Virus record (IMG/VR): IMGVR_UViG_3300009159_000282 | Span: 1 to 25,703 of that record | Length of the DNA stretch: 25,703 nt | Reading direction: 5' to 3' (one strand) | Origin: a virus | Taxonomy: Duplodnaviria > Caudoviricetes | Part shown: positions 1 through 6,185 of the stretch, one piece after another | Numbering within the stretch: position 1 is the stretch's first letter | Layout: the number at the start of each line of letters is the position of its first letter | Notes under the pieces: model-generated | What the model saw: the letters and a program-made list of their open reading frames with translations, nothing else | The model's database searches: none | Told to the model about the DNA's origin: nothing | Translations under genes and position numbers: made by a program

Positions 1-6
1 GGCTCC

Positions 7-273
7 TTAGATAGAAAGTTCGTAAAAAGAAACAGTAGGGTCGATACTGATCAACTCTTCTGCACAACGGAAAAGGTAACGCTGTTTGTCACGCAGGGCT
101 TGCCCACGCACTTCACCGTCACAAGTCAAATTCTCTTGGCTCAGTTCGCTGTCTAAACCGTTAGCGATATCCTGACGATCTCGTGCGTTCAACAGGCTCA
201 ACGGCTTCTGATTAAAAATGGCACGCCAGCGATTCTTATGCTCTACATATTGTTCTAGTGTTGAAATATTCAT
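7..273 (-). CDS. hypothetical phage early protein (88 aa)
   Basis: ORF with AGGAG RBS directly downstream of the promoter at 302-330. Confidence 0.8.
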   Translation of the reverse strand: MNISTLEQYVEHKNRWRAIFNQKPLSLLNARDRQDIANGLDSELSQENLTCDGEVRGQALRDKQRYLFRCAEELISIDPTVSFYELSI

Positions 274-301
274 ATATGCTCCTGTGTGTGTTTAAGTATA
301 T

Positions 302-330
302 ATTATAGCGTCTTTGGTAAAACCTGTCAA
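302..330 (-). promoter_or_regulatory. sigma70-type early promoter P1 with GGT-N3-ACC box
   Basis: minus strand TTGACA-ggttttaccaaagacgc-TATAAT, 17-nt spacer; box at 316-324. Confidence 0.9.
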
Positions 331-333
331 CCA

Positions 334-531
334 CTAGGGTTTCTTCTGTTGTTTTACTGCCACAAAGGTCCGTCCCCGTTTATCAAAGCGGATTGGCTTA
401 GAGAACACCTTAGGCTCTACTATAGGCATACGGATGTAGGCCAGCATGTTCTCCTGCTTGTCGTCCAGGCAGTAGATATGGTTTGGAGTGTTGTGATCAC
501 CCCAGTCTGTGGTTTCTTGTAGCCACTTCAT
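334..531 (-). CDS. hypothetical phage protein (65 aa)
   Basis: ATGA overlap with the upstream gene 528-734; phage-like small ORF. Confidence 0.75.
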   Translation of the reverse strand: MKWLQETTDWGDHNTPNHIYCLDDKQENMLAYIRMPIVEPKVFSKPIRFDKRGRTFVAVKQQKKP

Positions 532-734
532 GATTGCACGAACACTTCTACGGTGTTGATGAACTTAACGAACTCGTCATACTTGACAAGGCTGTATGGA
601 CTGTGATTGTAAAACTCGTAGGGCATCTTGATCTGTTTGCCGTCTTTCCAGCACTCGTGGAACGTCTTAATGTTATCTTCTTCAACATCATCCCAGGTTC
701 TGTATTCAAACCCATTGTAACTGTAATGTTTCAT
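528..734 (-). CDS. hypothetical phage protein (68 aa)
   Basis: AAGGAG RBS; follows promoter P2. Confidence 0.8.
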   Translation of the reverse strand: MKHYSYNGFEYRTWDDVEEDNIKTFHECWKDGKQIKMPYEFYNHSPYSLVKYDEFVKFINTVEVFVQS

Positions 735-760
735 ATCTGCTCTCCTTAGTGTATGTGTAT

Positions 761-789
761 ATTATAGCACAGGTTTTACCATTTGTCAA
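761..789 (-). promoter_or_regulatory. sigma70-type early promoter P2 with GGTAAAACC box
   Basis: TTGACA-aatggtaaaacctgtgc-TATAAT, 17-nt spacer; box at 772-780. Confidence 0.9.
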
Positions 790-792
790 CCG

Positions 793-828
793 AAAAAAAC
801 GCCCGGGGAGCCAAGCTACAACCCGGGC
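793..828 (-). terminator. Rho-independent terminator
   Basis: GCCCGGG/CCCGGGC stem (822-828 with 801-807) followed on the minus strand by G and U7 (793-799). Confidence 0.7.
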
Positions 829-1221
829 CAAAACGCATAAGTTGGGCAGGGATTCTCCTAAGGGACACTACCCCCTCGCCCCTGCCCGGAGCAATCGTCA
901 TGGATGGTTTTGGGAGGTGGCACCATGATTCACCCGCATCGTTTCGTAGAGACTTTGTATAGCGAAGTACCTACGGCACCCTCTACAGGATCGCACTTGA
1001 CCCTATCCGCTGATTACTGTTGGGGATGTTTGATAGAAGAAACAGTTTTGAACCTGCCCTACCGTGCCGTCCACGGACTTGTCTATCAACCACATTACAG
1101 GCCAACTTGATCCGGCGTGCTTCGCCCTTTCGGGTCTGCTTTCGTGTAGTCCTAGTAGAGCCTAGCCGTCACTAGGAAATCCTCTACTAGGGTACCTACC
1201 GGAGTTGGTAACCCCTAATTC
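793..1221 (-). ncRNA. candidate structured ncRNA 1 (about 430 nt, family unknown)
   Basis: GC-rich intergenic stretch with many nested inverted repeats, a CCC-GAAA-GGG tetraloop hairpin on the minus strand and a terminal terminator. Confidence 0.55.
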
Positions 1222-1548
1222 TTAATCTAACCTACTTGATGCGTAAGCTGTCAAACCCAACGCTCTCAAGTATTCTGCCATTGCCATCGCACCAGCTTCT
1301 TTGATGTCGATGTTCTGCACGGGCAACTCACCTGGATTCCAAATGCTCAGGCACTTTGGTTTGTAATCCTTCTTAAAGCCTGCCTTAATCAACTCTTTAG
1401 CCTGCTTGCTGTTAGTCCGATCAACGAACACGTCTACCCAAGCAAAGCCACAAGCGAACTGATCCTTACGACCCATCTTATTGTACATCTCAATAGATGC
1501 TTGCTCTGCTAGCTCTTTGCCTTTAACAATTTGATCTGCTGTAATCAT
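1222..1548 (-). CDS. hypothetical phage protein (CGFAWV motif, 108 aa)
   Basis: AAGGAG RBS; follows promoter P3. Confidence 0.85.
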   Translation of the reverse strand: MITADQIVKGKELAEQASIEMYNKMGRKDQFACGFAWVDVFVDRTNSKQAKELIKAGFKKDYKPKCLSIWNPGELPVQNIDIKEAGAMAMAEYLRALGLTAYASSRLD

Positions 1549-1589
1549 CTCTGCTCCTTAGTGTGTTAAACAATTTAAACTACATACGT

Positions 1590-1618
1590 AGTATAGCATC
1601 GGTTTTACCTTTTGTCAA
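1590..1618 (-). promoter_or_regulatory. sigma70-type early promoter P3 with GGTAAAACC box
   Basis: TTGACA-aaaggtaaaaccgatgc-TATACT, 17-nt spacer; box at 1601-1609; the TGA in TTGACA is the stop codon of the upstream gene. Confidence 0.85.
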
Positions 1619-1842
1619 CCCCATGCTTTAAATAACCCTGCTAGCGTTATGGTTACTCCCATAACGTTAACAATCATCTGTGGCTTATTTGCCACACGTA
1701 CTGTCCAAGCAAAGTAAAAGAGCCCTCCCAGGCACCCTGCCACCAAGTTCCAGGGATAAGCACCAGGGAAGAAGCTCATGATTACGTACATGCTCATAAG
1801 GCAAGCTGTCCCTGCCCATTGTAGTACTTCATTCAACCTCAT
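1615..1842 (-). CDS. small membrane protein (about 3 hydrophobic helices)
   Basis: three hydrophobic segments; ATGA overlap with the GP88-family gene. Confidence 0.75.
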   Translation of the reverse strand: MRLNEVLQWAGTACLMSMYVIMSFFPGAYPWNLVAGCLGGLFYFAWTVRVANKPQMIVNVMGVTITLAGLFKAWG

Positions 1843-2561
1843 GCTACTTCCTTCAAACGGATTACGAATCCGCTGTAGTCCTTCTTAGCACGACCCTTAG
1901 CCTTTAACCCAGCAATCACACCCTTTGGGTCTAAGAAGCGCAAGTCTGTCTCGTCTGCATTAATTACGGGCAAACCCATGTGCTCTGCGGGCATTTCATC
2001 AAACACCGCCGCAATATTGTAGCCTTGTTCAATAGCCTTAGCCACGTCTGCATCATTGCCATCAGCCTTGCTGAACGTCAAGTGGTAGTTGGGAATGTCT
2101 GCAACCTTGCGACCCAAGATCTTAGTGTAGTCGTAGAACTGTACATTAGGGAACAATTCAAAGATGTTCTTAGTGCAAAACACCGGCACTTCGTACTTCT
2201 CCCAAGTCAAGTCACTAGTACCATTCAAACGAATCACGGGCGTCAATCCCTGCTTCTTAGCGAATGCAACGGCTTTCTGAATGTCGTAAGCAAGATCCAG
2301 CATAAACTGATCGCGATCAAAGAAGAACTGTACTGTCTTACGAATGCGAGCCTTTTGGATCATGTTGGTGTTCTCACCCTTCTTGAACATGCCCCCGCGT
2401 CCTGCTGTATTGAGGCAAGCTGCCTTGCAACCTGCTGTAGCCTTTGGGCAAGTGTTCTTACCGCTCAAGTCGCTAGGTGCAAGATGCAAGATAAAGCTGA
2501 GATAGCCTAGCTTCGTACCCTTTTGGATCTTTGGGTTAGCTGTGGAAAGTAATTTAAACAT
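1839..2561 (-). CDS. GP88-family phage protein (CX6CX3C motif)
   Basis: motifs TCPKATAGCKAACL, RLNGTSD, QFYDYTK, NYHLTFS, DLRFLD and GLKAKG, recognised as the phage Gene product 88 family; AGGAG RBS. Confidence 0.8.
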   Translation of the reverse strand: MFKLLSTANPKIQKGTKLGYLSFILHLAPSDLSGKNTCPKATAGCKAACLNTAGRGGMFKKGENTNMIQKARIRKTVQFFFDRDQFMLDLAYDIQKAVAFAKKQGLTPVIRLNGTSDLTWEKYEVPVFCTKNIFELFPNVQFYDYTKILGRKVADIPNYHLTFSKADGNDADVAKAIEQGYNIAAVFDEMPAEHMGLPVINADETDLRFLDPKGVIAGLKAKGRAKKDYSGFVIRLKEVA

Positions 2562-2588
2562 AGTTCGCTCCTGTTAGTGTATGTGACT

Positions 2589-2617
2589 ATTATAGCAAGG
2601 TTTTACCTATTTGTCAA
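2589..2617 (-). promoter_or_regulatory. sigma70-type early promoter P4 with GGTAAAACC box
   Basis: TTGACA-aataggtaaaaccttgc-TATAAT, 17-nt spacer; box at 2599-2607. Confidence 0.9.
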
Positions 2618-2636
2618 CCCCTTTGACAAAGACCCT

Positions 2637-2846
2637 TTAGCAGTCAGGGTCAAAGCTATGCCACTCTTCCTGCTCAGTGGGCTGTCCGTCATCTTCATAC
2701 GGCACCTCAACTTTAAGATTGCTCAGCAGAGCTTCTAGCACATCGTAAGCCATCTGCCAACGATCACCCTCAATGTTATAGATCTGATTGGTAGCATCCT
2801 CAAGGGTTGCAATGGCTTCTAAAACCTTGTAGTGTTGGTCTGTCAT
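2637..2846 (-). CDS. hypothetical acidic protein ending in DDGQP..EW..FDPDC
   Basis: GAGGAG RBS inside the end of the upstream gene; starts 1 nt after its stop. Confidence 0.75.
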   Translation of the reverse strand: MTDQHYKVLEAIATLEDATNQIYNIEGDRWQMAYDVLEALLSNLKVEVPYEDDGQPTEQEEWHSFDPDC

Positions 2847-2847
2847 A

Positions 2848-3186
2848 TCAATCTCCTCTAGTGTCAGTGTTGAGTGCGGGTTTGACTGTTCTGCGTATAC
2901 GAACTTCTTCTTTGTGCGCTTCTGCTTTACCGCGTATCACAGCATGAACAGTGATGCCTATTTCGTCTTTGCTGTTGAGCTTACGAAGCTCTATGCACAG
3001 GGCCCAGTCCTTGTTCTCAGTCTTAGCACGATAGAAATGCTTTGCGGCACGGCTACGAACGCTCTTAAGTACTGTGGACTCAGTCTTAGCAGTCACGCCT
3101 ATATAGTTGAGCCCGTTAACATTGAGCTCGTATATAATGTGATTGCGATCGACTCGCTTTTTACGGGTTGCTTTTGTTTCCATCAT
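2848..3186 (-). CDS. GIY-YIG-like nuclease domain protein (start revised to 3186)
   Basis: HIIY...YIGVT motif with downstream R, E and N residues in GIY-YIG order; the ORF-track start at 3201 lies inside promoter P5. Confidence 0.65.
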   Translation of the reverse strand: MMETKATRKKRVDRNHIIYELNVNGLNYIGVTAKTESTVLKSVRSRAAKHFYRAKTENKDWALCIELRKLNSKDEIGITVHAVIRGKAEAHKEEVRIRRTVKPALNTDTRGD

Positions 3187-3192
3187 AAGTGT

Positions 3193-3221
3193 ATTATACA
3201 AGGTTTTACCAACCCTGTCAA
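3193..3221 (-). promoter_or_regulatory. sigma70-type early promoter P5 with GGTAAAACC box
   Basis: TTGACA-gggttggtaaaaccttg-TATAAT, 17-nt spacer; box at 3202-3210; ATG begins 6 nt after TATAAT. Confidence 0.9.
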
Positions 3222-3249
3222 CCTTTTTTGGAAATTATTTTGTTGTATT

Positions 3250-3495
3250 TAGACAACACCGGCGGCACTCCGGCCCGGAGGCCCTGGGCTCAGTCATGTC
3301 TGACCCAGATCCGTTTGCCTCTCCTCCCACATGGGCGAGTTTGAAACCGCTGACAACGGTGGGCAATTCACAGCAGACACGCACGACCCTTCACAGGGTG
3401 ATTTGGGCTAGGCCCTCAACTTAGCTAGCGGACCCCATGGGACTTGTCAGAAATCCTTCCGGCGCTGTCCATCTAATTCATCTGCTGTTACGGTT
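3250..3495 (-). ncRNA. candidate structured ncRNA 2 (about 240 nt) directly 3' of the tRNA
   Basis: 11-bp long-range stem 3459-3469/3252-3262 with two G-U pairs on the minus strand; ACCCT-GTGA-AGGGT GNRA hairpin; several more stems. Confidence 0.55.
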
Positions 3496-3502
3496 ATACA
3501 AA

Positions 3503-3579
3503 TGGTGGGCCGTGAGTGATTCGAACACTCCACCAAAGGATTATGAGTCCTCTGCTCTAACCAAATGAGCTAACGGCCC
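3503..3579 (-). tRNA. tRNA-Ile2 (CAU anticodon, lysidine type)
   Basis: 77-nt cloverleaf GGGCCGTTAGCTCA...GAGGA-CTCATAA-TCCTT...GTTCGAATC...CGGCCCACCA with encoded CCA; C4-G69 and C5-G68 pairs (TilS determinants) favour Ile2 over Met. Confidence 0.9.
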
Positions 3580-3604
3580 TGATGTTACACTTAACAGTAT
3601 AACA

Positions 3605-4516
3605 TCATTTCTTCAAGGCGTGCATGAAGTTGGTTGGAAAGCCTGTTTTATTTGTTTCAAATGGCACGTGACTGGTCATGCCCTGTTTGTATGCGGGCTC
3701 AGCGGCGGCTCGCTCACGTGCTTGTTTGTCAGCTGTGGCCTTACCCGGGTCTACACGCTGTGGTTCAGCTATGGGCAAGTTAGTGGGCACAAACTTCCAT
3801 GCTGATCCCAGTACAGGTGTTAGATCCCACGGGCTACGACGGATCCAGTATAGCTCAGGACGGTCTATGCCCAGCTGATCTACCATGTTGGCGTAACAGC
3901 TATCGATTCCCACAAAGATCTCAGCTTCTTCTATTACAGTGAGCCAGTCGAATATACTATCAGTCTTGACTGTGTCTACATCAATGATCTTTACAGCGGG
4001 GTCTATAAATTGTTTGACAATAGCTACATCAACACGAGCTGAACTTCCGTTAAGATGCGCTATACAATATCGTTTGGGTAGATCTAATCGATCCTTTAGT
4101 GCTAGCTCACGTCCGCTATTACGACTTATACAAGCACCCAACCGCCACTTCTTAACGAATGGAACTCCAGCTGTTTGATACTTGTACTGATCGAACTTGA
4201 GTATGTTAAACATCTCGGGATCAGTTAGTTCTGGATTTGAGCTCAAGTACTGATATAGATACAGAGCCTCATCTGGATCAACTCCCCACTCTCGAAATAT
4301 GGCTAGCGGGGTCTCTAGGAAATAAGCACCTTGCGGATCCGTCTTAATAGGAACCCAATTGACCCAGGGTGCATGATCCTTAAACGTAGCTAGAAACTCC
4401 TCACAGATGGGCCATACTATAGCATCACCCTGTTCGAAGTAGTGTCGGGCAATTGGCAATGCTAATAGTATATCACCTATACCTCTTGACTGTATAATCC
4501 CTCTTTGAATTCCCAT
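3605..4516 (-). CDS. glycosyltransferase, GT9 (heptosyltransferase-like, GT-B fold)
   Basis: N-terminal RGIGDILLALP and C-terminal FVGIDS motifs typical of GT9. Confidence 0.7.
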   Translation of the reverse strand: MGIQRGIIQSRGIGDILLALPIARHYFEQGDAIVWPICEEFLATFKDHAPWVNWVPIKTDPQGAYFLETPLAIFREWGVDPDEALYLYQYLSSNPELTDPEMFNILKFDQYKYQTAGVPFVKKWRLGACISRNSGRELALKDRLDLPKRYCIAHLNGSSARVDVAIVKQFIDPAVKIIDVDTVKTDSIFDWLTVIEEAEIFVGIDSCYANMVDQLGIDRPELYWIRRSPWDLTPVLGSAWKFVPTNLPIAEPQRVDPGKATADKQARERAAAEPAYKQGMTSHVPFETNKTGFPTNFMHALKK

Positions 4517-4662
4517 TAAGTAACCTTTGTATATGATAGCAAGTTACCATGACCATATTGTGCTTCTGCTAGTTGCTTACATTGGATATCATCATTAGCA
4601 TAGATGAATGTATTAGCAGTCTGAAGTTGGTTAATCCTAACCCATATAGCATATTGATACAT
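4516..4662 (-). CDS. small hypothetical protein (48 aa, not in the ORF track)
   Basis: manual translation MYQYAIWVRINQLQTANTFIYANDDIQCKQLAEAQYGHGNLLSYTKVT*; TAATG overlap with the GT9 start; fills the gap exactly. Confidence 0.75.
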   Translation of the reverse strand: MYQYAIWVRINQLQTANTFIYANDDIQCKQLAEAQYGHGNLLSYTKVT

Positions 4663-4681
4663 ATATAACTCTCTTTCTTAA

Positions 4682-4903
4682 TTATCTTACAGCGGGGTCT
4701 TTAATAGCAGATCTTGATTCTCTTAAGTATTCTTCCCAACTAGGACGAATCACTTCTGTACGTATTGCACTAGGAGCATCTGTATAAGGACAATACTGAT
4801 TCCATGTACAGCGTGGATCTTTAACACCTATAGTGGGAACACCTGAACAAGCTGTAAGAGCTGTAAGGAGAGTCAGTAGACACAGTATAAGAGTGGTTCG
4901 CAT
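4682..4903 (-). CDS. small lipoprotein (start revised to 4903)
   Basis: MR, hydrophobic stretch and LTAC lipobox; the ORF-track start at 4939 is the -35 box of P6. Confidence 0.7.
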   Translation of the reverse strand: MRTTLILCLLTLLTALTACSGVPTIGVKDPRCTWNQYCPYTDAPSAIRTEVIRPSWEEYLRESRSAIKDPAVR

Positions 4904-4910
4904 AGTTAAT

Positions 4911-4939
4911 ATTATACGGTAAAACCTGACAAAAGTCAA
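4911..4939 (-). promoter_or_regulatory. sigma70-type early promoter P6 with GGT-N3-ACC box
   Basis: TTGACT-tttgtcaggttttaccg-TATAAT, 17-nt spacer; box at 4918-4926. Confidence 0.85.
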
Positions 4940-5229
4940 CCAGAATCAGGAGTTTTTAGGCCATTATTGAGACGTTTTTGTGGCATTTTGGCACACTTTG
5001 AGCAGGATTATTAGGTAAAAAAATTTTGATAGGCTGTGGTGGAGAGAGGCTATGCTAGATAGTTCCGCATATTATACTGCATTTCTCATGATTCCCAGCA
5101 TAAGATTGTGTGACCCCCACATGCTCTAGTATAATAGTTTCGATCAGCTGCCGCAGGCCCTATCTATACAGCGGGGTCACAGCCGCCTGACTGTATACAC
5201 GCTAGATATATGTTCAAATCACTTGCAAC

Positions 5230-5265
5230 TATAGTCAATTATAGTGTATTATAGTTCTATGTAGT
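5230..5265. repeat. four T(A/G)TAGT hexamers at exact 10-bp spacing
   Basis: TATAGT at 5230, 5240 and 5250; TGTAGT at 5260. Confidence 0.7.
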
Positions 5266-5333
5266 TGATTAGCATTGTGCAGACTACTGTGGGATTTGAC
5301 TAGCGATAACAAAGCAGTTATACAGATACACAG

Positions 5334-5339
5334 TAAATA
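5334..5339 (+). promoter_or_regulatory. T4-late-like promoter TAAATA, 5 nt before ATG
   Basis: TAAATA-CTCAC-ATG(5345). Confidence 0.7.
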
Positions 5340-5344
5340 CTCAC

Positions 5345-5602
5345 ATGCGCTACTTGGTTGATCATCCTGTACAGCCTTACTTTTGTCATATAGCAACCTG
5401 TGACTGGCCAGTTGATCCACGCCACTATCAGACTGATTGGATAGCTTCAGTTACAGAATTAGAATCGTGGCTAGAGTCTTATATAGGGCATCATTACTCA
5501 CATTGGGTTTACGCTACATTAAGTGATCAGCAGTACTGGCAAGCATGTGTGGGTTTTAGTCTAGAAAAGCACAAGAGCATATTTCTCTTACGCTGGGGTT
5601 AA
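5345..5602 (+). CDS. hypothetical phage protein (85 aa)
   Basis: ORF starts at a TAAATA-N5-ATG site. Confidence 0.75.
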   Translation: MRYLVDHPVQPYFCHIATCDWPVDPRHYQTDWIASVTELESWLESYIGHHYSHWVYATLSDQQYWQACVGFSLEKHKSIFLLRWG

Positions 5603-5605
5603 ATA
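5600..5605 (+). promoter_or_regulatory. T4-late-like promoter TAAATA (leadered)
   Basis: overlaps the upstream stop codon; AAGGA follows before ATG 5632. Confidence 0.5.
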
Positions 5606-5631
5606 CAGTCATTAAAGGACATAGCTATATT

Positions 5632-5970
5632 ATGATATTAACTCACCCGCCAGAACCCAATCATAGTCAACCAATTGATCGTAAGATACTGATTCGTCAA
5701 ATAGCTCATGGACGATGGGAAATACGTCCTTTAACTCAAGATGAACGAGCAGAACACCAGCCCAGACTATCAGCGGCAACTAGAGCACAACGTGACAAGT
5801 ATCTTAGTGACAGTGATCGTCGTGTACTACCAGATCGTTGGGCCACATATAGTGAAGCTGAACGTGCTCGTTGGACTGAGTTTAGACAGGCTCTACGTGA
5901 GCTACCCAATCAACCGGGCTTTCCTTACGATCATACATGGCCCACTCATCCTTTGGGCACTTACGAGTAA
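5632..5970 (+). CDS. phage tail (fibre) assembly chaperone-like protein
   Basis: RAQRDKYLSDSD...W..FRQALRELP.QPGFP....WP motif of the Phage_tail_APC family. Confidence 0.8.
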   Translation: MILTHPPEPNHSQPIDRKILIRQIAHGRWEIRPLTQDERAEHQPRLSAATRAQRDKYLSDSDRRVLPDRWATYSEAERARWTEFRQALRELPNQPGFPYDHTWPTHPLGTYE

Positions 5971-6185
5971 CGTTGCTTTAGATACGCTATACTTGCTTGT
6001 ATAGTTTGCTGTGGGCTGAAACTAGCTCTTAAGTCGTAGTGTTCAACACTGGCTTCTAACTGGCTAACACAGTCATCAACAACCAGCTGGGCAAACTTTA
6101 GATTATACTCTTCAATCCACTTGGCTGGATCTAGACCCTGTGTGACCTGTTGTTTAGCTTGATCGCTTAATTCTTGTACGTTCAT
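5961..6185 (-). CDS. hypothetical phage protein (start revised to 6185)
   Basis: MNVQEL...KFAQLVVDDC; GAGGT RBS and ATGA coupling to the upstream gene. Confidence 0.7.
   Translation of the reverse strand: MNVQELSDQAKQQVTQGLDPAKWIEEYNLKFAQLVVDDCVSQLEASVEHYDLRASFSPQQTIQASIAYLKQRYS

Noticed and set aside
904-1110. 68-aa plus-strand ORF in the structured intergenic region
   Set aside because: No RBS or promoter, opposite to all neighbouring genes, and better explained by minus-strand RNA structure
1075-1152. Group I intron core suggested by GGACTACAC and AAGTCC words
   Set aside because: No proper P7 partner (TAGTC) or P/Q elements seen, and no interrupted host gene flanks the region
2848-3186. 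Mobile homing endonuclease element
   Set aside because: Only a minimal GIY-YIG-like domain with no C-terminal DNA-binding module, intron or insertion boundaries visible
1980-3424. Long plus-strand ORFs (1980-2510, 2914-3252, 3143-3424)
   Set aside because: Antisense shadows of well-supported minus-strand genes and promoters; no recognisable motifs
3250-3502. Theta (HDV-like) or hammerhead ribozyme after the tRNA
   Set aside because: No CUGANGA/GAAA hammerhead core, and I could not build a nested HDV double pseudoknot starting at the tRNA 3' end by eye; the tRNA already encodes CCA. A covariance search is needed to exclude it fully
3503-3579. tRNA-Met or initiator tRNA call
   Set aside because: G1-C72 is paired and the anticodon stem lacks three consecutive G-C pairs, so not initiator; the acceptor stem resembles Ile2
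302-4939. CRISPR-like array suggested by recurring ggttttacc...tgtcaacc words
   Set aside because: Copies are degenerate, irregularly spaced hundreds of bases apart and each coincides with a promoter in front of a gene
5235-5420. 61-aa minus-strand ORF
   Set aside because: Overlaps the 5345 gene and its promoter, has no RBS, and runs through the phased repeats
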